The position numbers were made by a program, and so were the translations under genes. Shown here one piece after another: positions 44,940 through 55,524 of a DNA stretch of 64,000 bases. Each line of letters opens with the position of its first letter. The stretch's first letter is position 1. This DNA is from a virus: the IMG/VR virus record IMGVR_UViG_3300009159_000053, positions 1 through 64,000 of that record; one strand, given 5' to 3'. Under the pieces are notes generated by a model. That model did no database searches. It was not told the DNA's origin and saw only the letters and a list, made by a program, of their open reading frames with translations.

Positions 44940-45470
44940 CTACCCATTGGTTGTATGGGTATGCCCACCAGTAGTTCTTGTTGCTAAAGTAGACTTTAAA
45001 GTACTTACTGTGCTCTCTAAAGTAGTTATCTTTCCTTCTGCCGTTGTCATACGTGTCTCTAAACTTTTTACCTTATTTGCTAAAGCCATAAAGGTAGCGG
45101 TCAAATCTACTTCTGTAGTTCCGTCAGATTTTTTGACAGTTATAATATGAGCCGATAGTCCAGTTAAAGAGGTTGTATTAGCCAGAGGTTTGATAAATAT
45201 CTTTTTATTCTTACCCTGGTTTTTACCAAATGATCCAATCCAAATAGGGTAGTTTAAACTACCTCCAATAAATTGAATCCAAACACCCTGACCTATAACG
45301 GGAACGTCAATACTTAGATTAGAGGGTTCTACAGAATCAATCCAATCCGTTATCTCTGTCCCTGTAAGTTGTGGAATAGAAACTTTTAGACGTCTTTGAT
45401 CTTTTGGATCCCTATTGTTTTTAACAACTCCCCTATATATTCCAAAGTACAGATTATCTGTATTCATCAA
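44940..45470 (-). CDS. baseplate spike, gp5/gpV OB-fold
   Basis: YRGVV..N.DP...RLKV.IP...P.IG..VWI.F.GG..YPIW.G; HTH tip. Confidence 0.85.
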   Translation of the reverse strand: MMNTDNLYFGIYRGVVKNNRDPKDQRRLKVSIPQLTGTEITDWIDSVEPSNLSIDVPVIGQGVWIQFIGGSLNYPIWIGSFGKNQGKNKKIFIKPLANTTSLTGLSAHIITVKKSDGTTEVDLTATFMALANKVKSLETRMTTAEGKITTLESTVSTLKSTLATRTTGGHTHTTNG

Positions 45471-47026
45471 ATCTCACTAAGGTTTACGTTTTCTTCTAAG
45501 AAACGAAATATTTCATCAGGTTCTCCTATTAGCGTTGTTAAAGAAGATCCTGCTCCAAACTCATACAGAGCAGTAACCGTTACGGTTTCTATACCTGGGG
45601 CTTGTTGAACTACAAACTCAATGTCTCTAGGATAAATCGTGTCTTCAAATGCCATATTTACATAACCAAAACCTGTAAGCAAAGCATTCTTTATGTTTTC
45701 TTCTGCTTCGTCAGTTGTGTAGGTTTCTAATTTTGTGTACTGCATAGTGACAACTGCGTCAACATATGTAGGAGGTTGAATTGTTACAGTGCTTCCAATC
45801 AAAACCTTGTCAGCAAGATACTCGGAAACATCTTCTTGAAGTCGAGTAAATTCCGCTGTTGGGTCCTCATTGTCATCTAACCCAGGAGCAATGTCGGTAT
45901 CTTGCGCTGTTCTAGTTGGAGCAAGGTATAGAGTCACTGATGTCCAAACATTTGCAGTTGCATTTGCTTTTCCTACTCCACTTACCGAAACCGCAAGATC
46001 AGAAAAATCTTTTAATGTTACGGCTCTATTTCCTGAACGCAGAGACGATGGAGCAGCAACACGGATCTGTTCATTACTTTCAGGATCTGAACCACCTAAT
46101 CCAACAGCAGCATTTGTTAAAGTAATTGCACCTTGAATTGCGGTTGTCTGACCTTCGGATAACCCAGGAATATAATCAATACTATCTAAAGTACTGGCTG
46201 ATATATTTCCAATAGACCCTCCACCAACAGTGTACCTAACTCTAATTTCTGAGTAGTTTGTAGGAATCGCTCCTGATACACCGTCACCAAAATTTATAGT
46301 AACAATATTGTCTGAGTCAGAAAAAACTGAGTAAACAAGATTTGTTGGACCGTAATCTAACAAGTGTTGCACTTGTGTCCATTTAGAAAATATGTCTCCA
46401 TCTTGAACAAATACCTCAATTGTTCCATCAACTACTGGTGTCTCTCCAAGTTCAAAAGACATATTCGGAGTGCCATCTGCTGTTCCAACTAACTCTCCAT
46501 ATGTAGTTACATCTTCAGCAACAAGAATTACTGATCGTCCCTGTGTTGCTCCCACCGTATATGTACCAGGAGTTTCTCCAGCAATAGCGGCTACAACAGC
46601 CTCCGCATCAGTAGTAAAGTAAACGGTTTCAACAGTGTCTTCAATAACAACTGTTCCAGTTAGTACAGTTCCTGCGGGTATGGTTACCGAACTTGCTGAT
46701 GTATTTGAAAAAATAACATCAACGGTTGCTGCTCTATAGCCAGCGGGAGTATAGCCATAAGTTAAAGCAATATTTAAAATACTATCTCTTTGAGTAGCAG
46801 TTGCTAAGAAAGCCTCATTAGCGGTTCTATCTATATAGTAAGAGACTAAGTCTCCCATATATGCAAAAGCCTCAACTAAAGCAACACCAAAGTCTGCAGG
46901 ATCTGCTGCGGTCCACTCAGGAATTCGATCTTGAATTCGGGCAATCAGTGCGTCTCTAAGCGAATAGTAATCCCTACCAGTGTAATCAACTGATACTGGG
47001 ATATTAGATACTGGGGCTATGGTCAT
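45467..47026 (-). CDS. baseplate wedge protein (gp6/J-like)
   Basis: DYT.RDY, AYMGD..SYY.DR.ANE.FL.TA, FGDGV.G, GG.DPES, RAVT..D. Confidence 0.9.
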   Translation of the reverse strand: MTIAPVSNIPVSVDYTGRDYYSLRDALIARIQDRIPEWTAADPADFGVALVEAFAYMGDLVSYYIDRTANEAFLATATQRDSILNIALTYGYTPAGYRAATVDVIFSNTSASSVTIPAGTVLTGTVVIEDTVETVYFTTDAEAVVAAIAGETPGTYTVGATQGRSVILVAEDVTTYGELVGTADGTPNMSFELGETPVVDGTIEVFVQDGDIFSKWTQVQHLLDYGPTNLVYSVFSDSDNIVTINFGDGVSGAIPTNYSEIRVRYTVGGGSIGNISASTLDSIDYIPGLSEGQTTAIQGAITLTNAAVGLGGSDPESNEQIRVAAPSSLRSGNRAVTLKDFSDLAVSVSGVGKANATANVWTSVTLYLAPTRTAQDTDIAPGLDDNEDPTAEFTRLQEDVSEYLADKVLIGSTVTIQPPTYVDAVVTMQYTKLETYTTDEAEENIKNALLTGFGYVNMAFEDTIYPRDIEFVVQQAPGIETVTVTALYEFGAGSSLTTLIGEPDEIFRFLEENVNLSEI

Positions 47027-47424
47027 AGCAACTCCTCATAGATTGGTTTAGTACCTTGAATAAGAACCAATCCGACGACGGTACTTACTATTTCGTCGTT
47101 TGGTAATCCATATATTACTTCTATAGTTAGAACGTTTGTGTATGGGTCACTGGTTACGTTAACTTTTTCCAGAGTTAATAACGCTAATTGCTCTGTAAAT
47201 GCTTTAGTTACCTCTGACTCTATTTCAACAGCCGCTGTGTTTTCTGTGTTAAAAAGAGAGTAAGGAATTAAAGTACCAAAATTAGGACGCATAACTCTTT
47301 CTCGTAATGTAGTGCCTAATACTGATTTAACTTTATCTGACCAAATTTTTGATTGAGATTGGCTTGAAGCCACTCGACCATATGGGTCAATTAAAAAAGG
47401 AAGAGAGATCGCTTTTTCAGCCAT
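47023..47424 (-). CDS. gp25/W-like baseplate protein
   Basis: ISLPF...L.T...ERVMRPNFG. Confidence 0.88.
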   Translation of the reverse strand: MAEKAISLPFLIDPYGRVASSQSQSKIWSDKVKSVLGTTLRERVMRPNFGTLIPYSLFNTENTAAVEIESEVTKAFTEQLALLTLEKVNVTSDPYTNVLTIEVIYGLPNDEIVSTVVGLVLIQGTKPIYEELL

Positions 47425-48674
47425 TATTTACCTGTCCACTTTCTTGGGGTAACTTTGTAACCAGCAGATCTTTGAGACACTAGTGGCGACTTAGCACTTA
47501 GTTTAGTGGATGTTGCCTTCCCCTTGGCCTGAGCGTTTTTCAAATCTCTTGTTGGAACAGTACCAGCATTAGAAGGTCTAAATGCACTAGATTTGTTATC
47601 ACCAACTCCATCGGTTACACAAACAAACTCTACTTGGTATCTACCATCGGCATGCATATAGTGTTGTACTTTTTTTACAATCCAAAAGCCATCACTATTG
47701 TCTCCAGTACCCCTTACTTCAATAGTTCTCCAAGGAGCGATTCTTGGGTCCCCTTGTCCAACACCCGTTGCTGGAATTTTAAATCTTCCCAAATGAGATG
47801 CGGCTTCAGATAATGATCTAGCCATTGCGTTACTGTTTACCACAACGGTGGTTTTATTTTGAAAAAATAATGGGTCTTTTGTATTTTGTCTTAAAGACTT
47901 TCCTACTTTATTTGGTGAAGTTGTTGATGAGTAAACTTTACCAGTTACTGGATCAACACCGCTGACTGTGTTTCTGGTTCTATTGTACTCATCTGGATTT
48001 TCAATATAATCTCCAATACGGCTTTCAAACACATCTAGAGTAGGTGCGCTGTAATAATTAGATGGAGATGTTAACAGATCTTTAAATGCCATAACTGGAA
48101 TTACGGTCATAAATTGATTTATCATTTTATCTATAGGATGAAAATGTAATTCAGTTCCTGATACTTGCATTCCATAACCAATTTGATTTGCTAATTCATT
48201 TAATTTTTCCCAGTAAGATTGACCAGCCAAAGACTGTTGAGTAAATCTAGTTGGATGAGATGTAACTACTGGTTTTAATTTAAACTTTCTAGCAATATCA
48301 ATAGCAATCTCAGGGGCTGTTTTATTTATCCATACCTTAGAAGACTGTTCTTTTAAAGGATAGGATGCTCCTACACAAATAATTTTTAATTCACGATATT
48401 GATCTTGTTTAATTGGAAAAGAAACTATGTTTGTATATCCCCTAAAGATGCCAGATACTTTATCGTTTTTCCAAGTAATCTCAACGGGCACTCCAGTCTT
48501 TATACTTTTATATAAAGATGTTGTAACACTTCTATATTTAATTTCCACAATGTCATGTTTACCCATTTCTTGATGTAAAGTAATGCTGCGTGGTAAAGAT
48601 GTTATAGAAGGAAAGTCTGGATAGGTAACTTTAAAAGAAGTACTTCTTCTATTTTGAAGTCCTGGATTAAGCAT
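47424..48674 (-). CDS. baseplate hub (gp27/late control D-like)
   Basis: Q...SYW..L..LA...GY; GDPRI...G.W.V..V.H. Confidence 0.8.
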   Translation of the reverse strand: MLNPGLQNRRSTSFKVTYPDFPSITSLPRSITLHQEMGKHDIVEIKYRSVTTSLYKSIKTGVPVEITWKNDKVSGIFRGYTNIVSFPIKQDQYRELKIICVGASYPLKEQSSKVWINKTAPEIAIDIARKFKLKPVVTSHPTRFTQQSLAGQSYWEKLNELANQIGYGMQVSGTELHFHPIDKMINQFMTVIPVMAFKDLLTSPSNYYSAPTLDVFESRIGDYIENPDEYNRTRNTVSGVDPVTGKVYSSTTSPNKVGKSLRQNTKDPLFFQNKTTVVVNSNAMARSLSEAASHLGRFKIPATGVGQGDPRIAPWRTIEVRGTGDNSDGFWIVKKVQHYMHADGRYQVEFVCVTDGVGDNKSSAFRPSNAGTVPTRDLKNAQAKGKATSTKLSAKSPLVSQRSAGYKVTPRKWTGK

Positions 48675-48942
48675 TTGGAATCCTTAATTGTGTACCTGGT
48701 TGTATTGTGTCTGGATTTATAATTTTAGGATTAATGTCTAAAATTTGCCACCATAAACCAGGGCTTCCTAAAAATTTAGTTGCTAATATATCTAGTCGAT
48801 CAGTTTCAACCCACTCATATATAAAATAACTTTGTAAATAATCTGGGTAAGTTCTAAAAACTGTTAAGTGATACTCTTGTTTTTTAGCATGCCAAGCCTT
48901 AAATAGAGGTCCATCAGCGTATCTGCTATCTAAAAAGATCAT
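48667..48942 (-). CDS. LysM/gp53-like baseplate protein
   Basis: DRLD.LA..FLG...LWWQI.D.NP...I.PGT.LRIP. Confidence 0.85.
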   Translation of the reverse strand: MIFLDSRYADGPLFKAWHAKKQEYHLTVFRTYPDYLQSYFIYEWVETDRLDILATKFLGSPGLWWQILDINPKIINPDTIQPGTQLRIPNA

Positions 48943-48944
48943 TT

Positions 48945-50321
48945 TTAATCCTTTATTTCTGGAGGGTCGTAGAATCTATGACAACTAATTTGTACGTTAG
49001 AAATAATAGGAACCATTCTGTCATTAAATACAGTGTGATTTATATTTATGGAACCTATTCTTACCAAGTACCTAAGTCCATCACCTAAATGAAGTTCTAC
49101 TTGAGCACCCGTTAAGTAACCTCTATCTGCAGTTTTATCATTTAGACTAGATGTATAAGTTGCGTTTGGTCCATTTATTGTTCTAAACAAATATTCTAAA
49201 TCATACATAGTACCTTTTTTATAAATCATTTTTAAATCTTCTAGTTTATTAAAGTTTCCTGGATAAGGATTCTCTGCACCAGTTATAAATCCATTAGAAT
49301 CTAGATAAGTCATGTCGCCAATTCTATTTAATAACAAAGTAAAATCTACAGTGCTTTGATTTAATCCAGCACCTACAGGAGTTATACCCCCATCAGCACC
49401 GCTCTGTACAACTTCTGGGTTAAATCCTTCGGCAATTCCCCACCCCATACTTACCTCTGTTGGATTGTATAGAAATTTAAATCCATACATTTTAGGATCA
49501 ATTGATGAGTCAGTTTTTTTATTATAAAACTGTGTATTATCTATACGACTACGAGACATTTGAATAGTTCCCTTAGCGGCAGGCGCTGACTCAAGTACTG
49601 TTCCAGTAATTGGGTCGTATTTAATTGGGGTATACATATTTTTTGCATCTGTGTAATTGCCTGCATCTGAAATTCCCCTAAAAGTATTTTCACTTTGAGG
49701 ACCCTTACTTCTAAAATATGCGGATCTAACCATTGGTGCGTTGTAGGTATAGAAAGGTGTTGGAGGTGTTGTAGTTGGTGGAGGGTCTTCTGTAGCACCT
49801 TTTATTGGTTTTTCTACAGATTTCTTTCCACTTGGCTTTTTTGTTTTTGGATTAATCACAGGTTTTCTTGCATCAAATTCTTTTTTTGCAGCAGCCTGAG
49901 AAGAAGATATTAATTGATTTTGAATAGATTTCTTTAAAGTTTCAGCCGTATTTATTCTAGTTGTAAGAACAGCGATTGCTGAATTCATTGCATTTATATT
50001 ACCTATAGCCGTATTTAAGTTTGCTTGTTCCCCCGCAGAGTATGGAGGCGGTGCATAAGCGGTGTAAAGGTTTCTTAAGGTAGTTTCTAATCCAGCCAAC
50101 TCTACATACCTTGCTTTTTTTGCAGTTGTTAGTACGTCAAACTCAAAGACCGCTGCTTGTAATGCCTTCTGTTGTTTTGCTTTTTCAGCCTTAATGTTCT
50201 TTTCTTCATTAACTCGTTGCTGTTCGTTTTGTACGTTAGAAATAATTTGGGCTGTAGTTAAACTAACAGATCCTGGTCTAGCATATTTATTAGGGCCACT
50301 TGTTATTAATCTACCAGCCAT
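48945..50321 (-). CDS. tail tube initiator-like protein
   Basis: GFKFLYNP, GT.YDLEYL, FN.RM.P; follows the tape measure gene. Confidence 0.6.
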   Translation of the reverse strand: MAGRLITSGPNKYARPGSVSLTTAQIISNVQNEQQRVNEEKNIKAEKAKQQKALQAAVFEFDVLTTAKKARYVELAGLETTLRNLYTAYAPPPYSAGEQANLNTAIGNINAMNSAIAVLTTRINTAETLKKSIQNQLISSSQAAAKKEFDARKPVINPKTKKPSGKKSVEKPIKGATEDPPPTTTPPTPFYTYNAPMVRSAYFRSKGPQSENTFRGISDAGNYTDAKNMYTPIKYDPITGTVLESAPAAKGTIQMSRSRIDNTQFYNKKTDSSIDPKMYGFKFLYNPTEVSMGWGIAEGFNPEVVQSGADGGITPVGAGLNQSTVDFTLLLNRIGDMTYLDSNGFITGAENPYPGNFNKLEDLKMIYKKGTMYDLEYLFRTINGPNATYTSSLNDKTADRGYLTGAQVELHLGDGLRYLVRIGSININHTVFNDRMVPIISNVQISCHRFYDPPEIKD

Positions 50322-52360
50322 TATTTACTCCCCATCGCTTGAAGATCTTTATCATTTAATAGTATTTCTTTTATTTTTTTGGCTAGAGAGTTAGCCTCTG
50401 CTATTGATGCATTGGCTAAATTTACATTTACATTTACGGTGTTTGTTCCAACACTTGCGGTAGATACTCCTGAAGTATGTTGCAAATACTTTCCACTAGT
50501 ATAGGTAGTCCATGGATTAAAGTTTGTTCCACCTTTAGAAATATCATAAGCAATTTTTGCATTTATAGTTGGATCTTTAAGACTTTCAGGTCCTGTGTAA
50601 CCTATGGATTTATATTTCTTTAGATAAGCCTCATTACGTTTTACGCCCATATTAGGATTACGAGGATCATTGTTCTCCATATTAATTTGAAATAATCCGT
50701 AAGACTTATCAAGACCTGTTGGATTGTATGCGTTTGCTCTTCCACCAGATTCAGCCTTTACAATTCCGTAGGCTGTATTTAAGGATGCTCCGCTAAACCC
50801 AGCATTTTGTAGAGTTTGTACTAAACCAGGATCCATTCCAGCCGCCATCTGTGTTCCTGTTTGAGATGTTTGGACTGCGTTAGCAGGAGTTCCAAACATA
50901 CTTGCTAATGCTTTAGTACCTAAATAACCAAGGCCAGATAAAATTCCCCCACCAATTGCTCCAGGAACTGCGCCAATTCCACCAAAGAATGCTCCACCAA
51001 TTCCACCAGCCGCAGCACCTATGCCAACTGTGCTTAAAAATCCCTGACCAGTTGCTGCACCAACAGCGCCACCAAGCACTGGTACTGCTCTTCCTAACCC
51101 TGTCATACCAACCTTAGCAGCAGTTGCAGCGCCACCAGATGCAAGCACACTCGTCGCACCCTTTGCAGCCATTGCAGCCATTGCTTTCCTTGCGCCAGCG
51201 GCTATTGCAACTGTGGATACACCCGCAGCAATTCCTCCAGCAACTCCACTGACAACTGACCCGCCAGGTGTATTAGAGAATCCTTGAACAAATCCTTTTG
51301 CTTTAAAGAACCCATCAGGCAATCTTTCTAACTGTGCATTTAATGCGGCCGCTGCAGTTGCTGCATTATTAAACCCAGCAATCATTGGCTCTGTACCCCG
51401 CTCCATCAATGACGTCATTGATGTAGCAATTTTCATTTGTGCATTTAATGGGTTATCAGGATTAAAGGGTGCATTTTCTAAATCAATATTTCTTTTACCT
51501 GCAGCCATGTCTGTGAGCAGGGTTCCAAACATTTCTTGTTGTGATTGAGAAAATCCTAGAGCCTTTAAAGATTGTCCTGCAAAACCCTCACGCAAAGCCA
51601 CCGACATTTGTTCAGCAGTTACTTTTCTACCTTGCGTCATTCTGTCAAAGAGTTGTTTAGCAATGTCTCCAGTAGATCTGGCTTTTCCAGTTTTTGGATC
51701 AAAAGTACTAATACCATATTGATAAAGATTTCCACCCATTGCACCAGTGTGCAAACCACCTATAGCCTGAGCAGCAGTAGCATTTGGCATACCTAAGTAA
51801 CGTGCAGCGCCACCAACTTCTTGCATTGCTCTAGTAAAGTCTGCAGTTCCTGGCATGTAATTATATCCTTGGACAAGCATTGCAGCGGCTGCGGCATCTT
51901 CACCAGGACCTGTAATTCCTCCACCCAAAGCACCAAAGGTGGCCCGTGCTAATCCAGCACGATTCATGGCTCCAGCACTACGAAGTGATGCGGTGTAAAA
52001 ACCAGATGCACGAGCAATAGTTGTTCCAAGATCTGGAATTGCATCGTACATTCCGCCAGCAACACCTAAACCAAACTGAACTCCACCAACTGCAGCAGCA
52101 CCTTTTTTAGTGTATAGCCATGGCATCATTCCGCCTTGGCTATTACCTGTTCCATTACTAAACTGAGCGTTGTTACTTCCTAAACCTAAACTAGATCCTT
52201 GGCCAACACTTGGAGTTAAGATTGAAGTTACAGATTTTAAAGTGGTACCAGCAAGTCCACTTAATCTTTTTAATGCCGACTCTATAGAACTTAATTTTTT
52301 TACAGTATTATCTAGACCTGCATTAAGCCCAGATACTTGGGAGATAGGGTCTTTAGCCAC
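50321..52360 (-). CDS. tape measure protein with C-terminal lysozyme-like domain
   Basis: Ala/Gly-rich helical body; AESGG, SYGLFQINM, F.PWTTY. Confidence 0.85.
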   Translation of the reverse strand: MAKDPISQVSGLNAGLDNTVKKLSSIESALKRLSGLAGTTLKSVTSILTPSVGQGSSLGLGSNNAQFSNGTGNSQGGMMPWLYTKKGAAAVGGVQFGLGVAGGMYDAIPDLGTTIARASGFYTASLRSAGAMNRAGLARATFGALGGGITGPGEDAAAAAMLVQGYNYMPGTADFTRAMQEVGGAARYLGMPNATAAQAIGGLHTGAMGGNLYQYGISTFDPKTGKARSTGDIAKQLFDRMTQGRKVTAEQMSVALREGFAGQSLKALGFSQSQQEMFGTLLTDMAAGKRNIDLENAPFNPDNPLNAQMKIATSMTSLMERGTEPMIAGFNNAATAAAALNAQLERLPDGFFKAKGFVQGFSNTPGGSVVSGVAGGIAAGVSTVAIAAGARKAMAAMAAKGATSVLASGGAATAAKVGMTGLGRAVPVLGGAVGAATGQGFLSTVGIGAAAGGIGGAFFGGIGAVPGAIGGGILSGLGYLGTKALASMFGTPANAVQTSQTGTQMAAGMDPGLVQTLQNAGFSGASLNTAYGIVKAESGGRANAYNPTGLDKSYGLFQINMENNDPRNPNMGVKRNEAYLKKYKSIGYTGPESLKDPTINAKIAYDISKGGTNFNPWTTYTSGKYLQHTSGVSTASVGTNTVNVNVNLANASIAEANSLAKKIKEILLNDKDLQAMGSK

Positions 52361-52520
52361 TTGTCATCCTTTCGTATCTAACTCGGGCAACCTCTAACCA
52401 GTTACTTCTCTCTCGTCGAGACATGTCCTTTATCTCTGAGAGAGACCAACTGTCGTACAACTCACTTATGGCAGACCATTCAGAGAACAATCTGACATAA
52501 CCAATTACATTAGAACTGAA
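52353..52520 (-). CDS. tail assembly chaperone C-terminal frame (probably reached by +1 frameshift)
   Basis: FSSNVIGYVRLFSEW...WSLSEIKDMSRRERSNWL; no ATG/RBS at its 5' end. Confidence 0.6.
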   Translation of the reverse strand, partial: FSSNVIGYVRLFSEWSAISELYDSWSLSEIKDMSRRERSNWLEVARVRYERMTSG

Positions 52521-53313
52521 ATAAGGATCCTAAATTAATAGGAACCGTTACCTCACTTCCTGTGTCAGGATCAACAACTACCACATCCTCAAACTGAGGA
52601 CCTGGTGCTCTCTTGTTAATCTCGTCAATAATTTTTCTACGATCAATTACGCTAAGTGCAAGCACTTGGCTCTTGCTATATACAGGGTTCTCACCAATAC
52701 GGACAACGGTGTTCTCTAGAACAATTGTGCTTAGTTCTGCAGGTGTCTTCTCCATATTGTTAATCATTTCTCGCTGTACAACTCCATTAGGAAGTTTGAC
52801 TGTGTAGTCAATAGACTTTCCTTTAACAGTAAATACCCGCTCATTTATTGGGTCAGTAAGAAGTTTTACTTTAATATCTGTATTGACATCAACTTCTACA
52901 AGTTTATCTTCACCATCAACAAATATTGGGATCTTTATTTTGCTACCAAAGGTTGCTTTTAAAATTCCAAGAAGAATGGCATCTCTATCACCAACTAGTA
53001 GATCATCAAGGATCTTGTCTGTGGCTGGTTCATTACCAATCTTTACAGTTCCTAGTTGTAGAACTGTAAGAATTGCTTTACCTAAATTATTAGTCTTTGA
53101 AATTGTCTCTTCATCTTTACCGTTAAGTTCACGAACTTCTGCGGTTCTGATGACCTCCCCAGCGGCGTTTATATAGCCGCCAGGAAGTTCAACAGTAGTA
53201 TCTGAAGGAGATACAATTTCAGGCGTTCTTTCTTTTGGCGTTTCATTTATCGCCTTGTTTAACAGTTGATTTGCTAATGCGGGATTAACCGCTGCACTAA
53301 TTGTGTTCGTCAT
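52510..53313 (-). CDS. tail assembly chaperone / gp26-like hub assembly protein
   Basis: VELPGG, VRELNGKDEE, LL.GDRD.ILL.I..TFG, PGP; between tube and tape measure genes. Confidence 0.8.
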   Translation of the reverse strand: MTNTISAAVNPALANQLLNKAINETPKERTPEIVSPSDTTVELPGGYINAAGEVIRTAEVRELNGKDEETISKTNNLGKAILTVLQLGTVKIGNEPATDKILDDLLVGDRDAILLGILKATFGSKIKIPIFVDGEDKLVEVDVNTDIKVKLLTDPINERVFTVKGKSIDYTVKLPNGVVQREMINNMEKTPAELSTIVLENTVVRIGENPVYSKSQVLALSVIDRRKIIDEINKRAPGPQFEDVVVVDPDTGSEVTVPINLGSLFQF

Positions 53314-53336
53314 TGTTATCCTTTGTTAGATTATGC

Positions 53337-53960
53337 TTAGAACGCTGCTGCGTCTGTAGATAAGTTTGCTGCCCAGTTAACATTAAAGCCCTCATGGACT
53401 AGAGTCATCTGTTCAACAAGTAGAGCATTATCACCTGCGTTTAGATCTGAGTATGCCACAGCAGTTGGCCAGCAGTTGTAAACTTCAAAACGCATTGCTA
53501 CGTGGTCTGTTGCTGCTGGAGAGTTTTGAGCAGTCTCACCTGCTGATGGAACTGGATGAGATAAGACTTTAATCTCTAGATCGCAACGGAAGTTTTCATT
53601 CTTAGCACGGGTTGAACCCCCACCTTGAACTGTTGCGAATAGGTTACGCATCCATTCCCAGTTTTGATTTGTTCCAAGAATTACGCCACGTTGTAACGTA
53701 ATAGGAGCAAACGTAGTCTGTCCAGGAATCTGGTGAACGGTAGTGTTGTATCCACCTTCACGGTAAGGAATGGAGTCGGTTGTAACCGCCATTCCAGAGA
53801 TTGATGTAAAACCAAAAGTAACTGCATTAGCAAGATTGTTAGTTGCAGTACTAGTTGGTGCACCACCAACACTTGTCAATGGTTTAAACGTAACTAAAAA
53901 TCTAAAGTTACGTAACGGATCGGTAATTAAATTTGACCGATTATTAATGATTGTAGGCAT
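53337..53960 (-). CDS. tail tube protein (gp19-like)
   Basis: DPLRNFRF, YREGG, PG..F..ITL.RG, NCWP, L.HEG. Confidence 0.92.
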   Translation of the reverse strand: MPTIINNRSNLITDPLRNFRFLVTFKPLTSVGGAPTSTATNNLANAVTFGFTSISGMAVTTDSIPYREGGYNTTVHQIPGQTTFAPITLQRGVILGTNQNWEWMRNLFATVQGGGSTRAKNENFRCDLEIKVLSHPVPSAGETAQNSPAATDHVAMRFEVYNCWPTAVAYSDLNAGDNALLVEQMTLVHEGFNVNWAANLSTDAAAF

Positions 53961-53981
53961 TTATTTATTATCTCCTTCGGG

Positions 53982-55493
53982 TTAGTTCAGCGTCTTTTGG
54001 CTGAGATCGATGACGATGAACTCTGCTGGATATTGAAGAGCAACACCAACTTGAATGTGAACTTCACCATTTGCAATATCTGCATCTGAGTTGTTCTCTG
54101 CATCGCACTTTACAAAGTAAGCCTGTGCTGGAGTTGCTCCACGCAGACCACCCTGATTGCGATACTCATTTAAGAATGATCCAAGATTTGTGTTTATACG
54201 TGCCCACAGTCTTTCATCATTGTTTTCAAATAATGCAAACTCTGTTAAGTTCTTTAGGTTCTTGCGGATGTAAATTAAAGAACGACGCATGTTCACATAC
54301 TTGTTTGCAGTTCCATCTTGCTTTAATGTACGAGCACCCATTACAGAAAGTCCAGCACCAGGGATTTGGCGAATTGGATTTACTGGGGATGTGCTTGCAT
54401 TCATTGTGTCTAACTCTGCAGAGGTAAATGACTTTTCTACAGAAACGATTCCTAGTACTGGAGTTGAGATACCAGCAGGAGCCTTGAATACGCCACGGCT
54501 TGCATCTGTTGATAGGTAAAGACCAACAACTGCGCCAGTAGGTTCAATCTTACGAAGTGCTCCAGAACTACGTCCTAGTGGATCAGAAATGAACACGTTA
54601 GGATAGTAGACAGCAGCATTGCTTGTATCTGCAAGAGAACCAGCAAAAGAAACAGCATTTGCAACTGTTAAATCTGGATCGGTTCCAATTACAACAAAGC
54701 CGTTACTGTCTTCTGCCCAAGATGTTGCAGCATCAAAGACTGAAACTGTTCCAGATGCTAATGCATTTGCAACAGGTAGGAATAGTACTAGTGGACGGTC
54801 TAGTGAGGTAAAGCGCTCAAATACTGACGAACCACCAGCCTTGTAGTTGGTGTAGTCAGTAGCAGCGGTTGCTGTGCCATTTGAACCACTTGTTAGTGGG
54901 TAGGTTGCTAGAGTAATAGATGCACCAGCATAACCACCAGCAACAGATACTGAGATGTTTGGTGAAATAATGTTAATTACTGTTGGAGCATAATCACTTG
55001 AAGCAGCGTCATTAAATACAATATTTGAATATTGTTCAAGAAGAATGTCATCAGAAATGTCGTTTGCTACACCTGACTCTTTGTAAAGAGTAAGTGTATA
55101 AGTGCTTGCAACGTCACCAGCAGTCAATACAACACGAAGGTTGTTACCATCTGTTCCAGCGTTCTTTGAAGTAACAGTCGCAGCAGTTGCACCGCCACCA
55201 TCTGTTAAGTTTCTAGAAGCAGCAACAGCGTTAGCCGCAAGCAGACGTTGAACATAAAGTTCACGTCCACCATTACTAAAGAATGAGCCAACTTGGAAGG
55301 TGGCTGGATAGGTTGCGTTGTAACCTCCGAAGTACTTGGTAAATTCATACCAAGAGTTAACAAGGGTTACTGTTTCTGGGCCTTGTGCAAAAGGTGCAAC
55401 AATTGCGCCAGCAGCATTTGCAGTAACTCCACTTGGGAGTACTGGTGGTAGTAGGCGTTCACTTATGTAAACACCTGGACGGCTATAAGCCAT
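53982..55493 (-). CDS. contractile tail sheath protein (gp18-like)
   Basis: PGVY..E, KAPAG, GARTL, YVN.RR, FE.ND, FVKCD..NN, PAEF. Confidence 0.95.
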   Translation of the reverse strand: MAYSRPGVYISERLLPPVLPSGVTANAAGAIVAPFAQGPETVTLVNSWYEFTKYFGGYNATYPATFQVGSFFSNGGRELYVQRLLAANAVAASRNLTDGGGATAATVTSKNAGTDGNNLRVVLTAGDVASTYTLTLYKESGVANDISDDILLEQYSNIVFNDAASSDYAPTVINIISPNISVSVAGGYAGASITLATYPLTSGSNGTATAATDYTNYKAGGSSVFERFTSLDRPLVLFLPVANALASGTVSVFDAATSWAEDSNGFVVIGTDPDLTVANAVSFAGSLADTSNAAVYYPNVFISDPLGRSSGALRKIEPTGAVVGLYLSTDASRGVFKAPAGISTPVLGIVSVEKSFTSAELDTMNASTSPVNPIRQIPGAGLSVMGARTLKQDGTANKYVNMRRSLIYIRKNLKNLTEFALFENNDERLWARINTNLGSFLNEYRNQGGLRGATPAQAYFVKCDAENNSDADIANGEVHIQVGVALQYPAEFIVIDLSQKTLN

Positions 55494-55524
55494 TTTTTCT
55501 CCTAACTAGTTTGGGGGAGGGACC

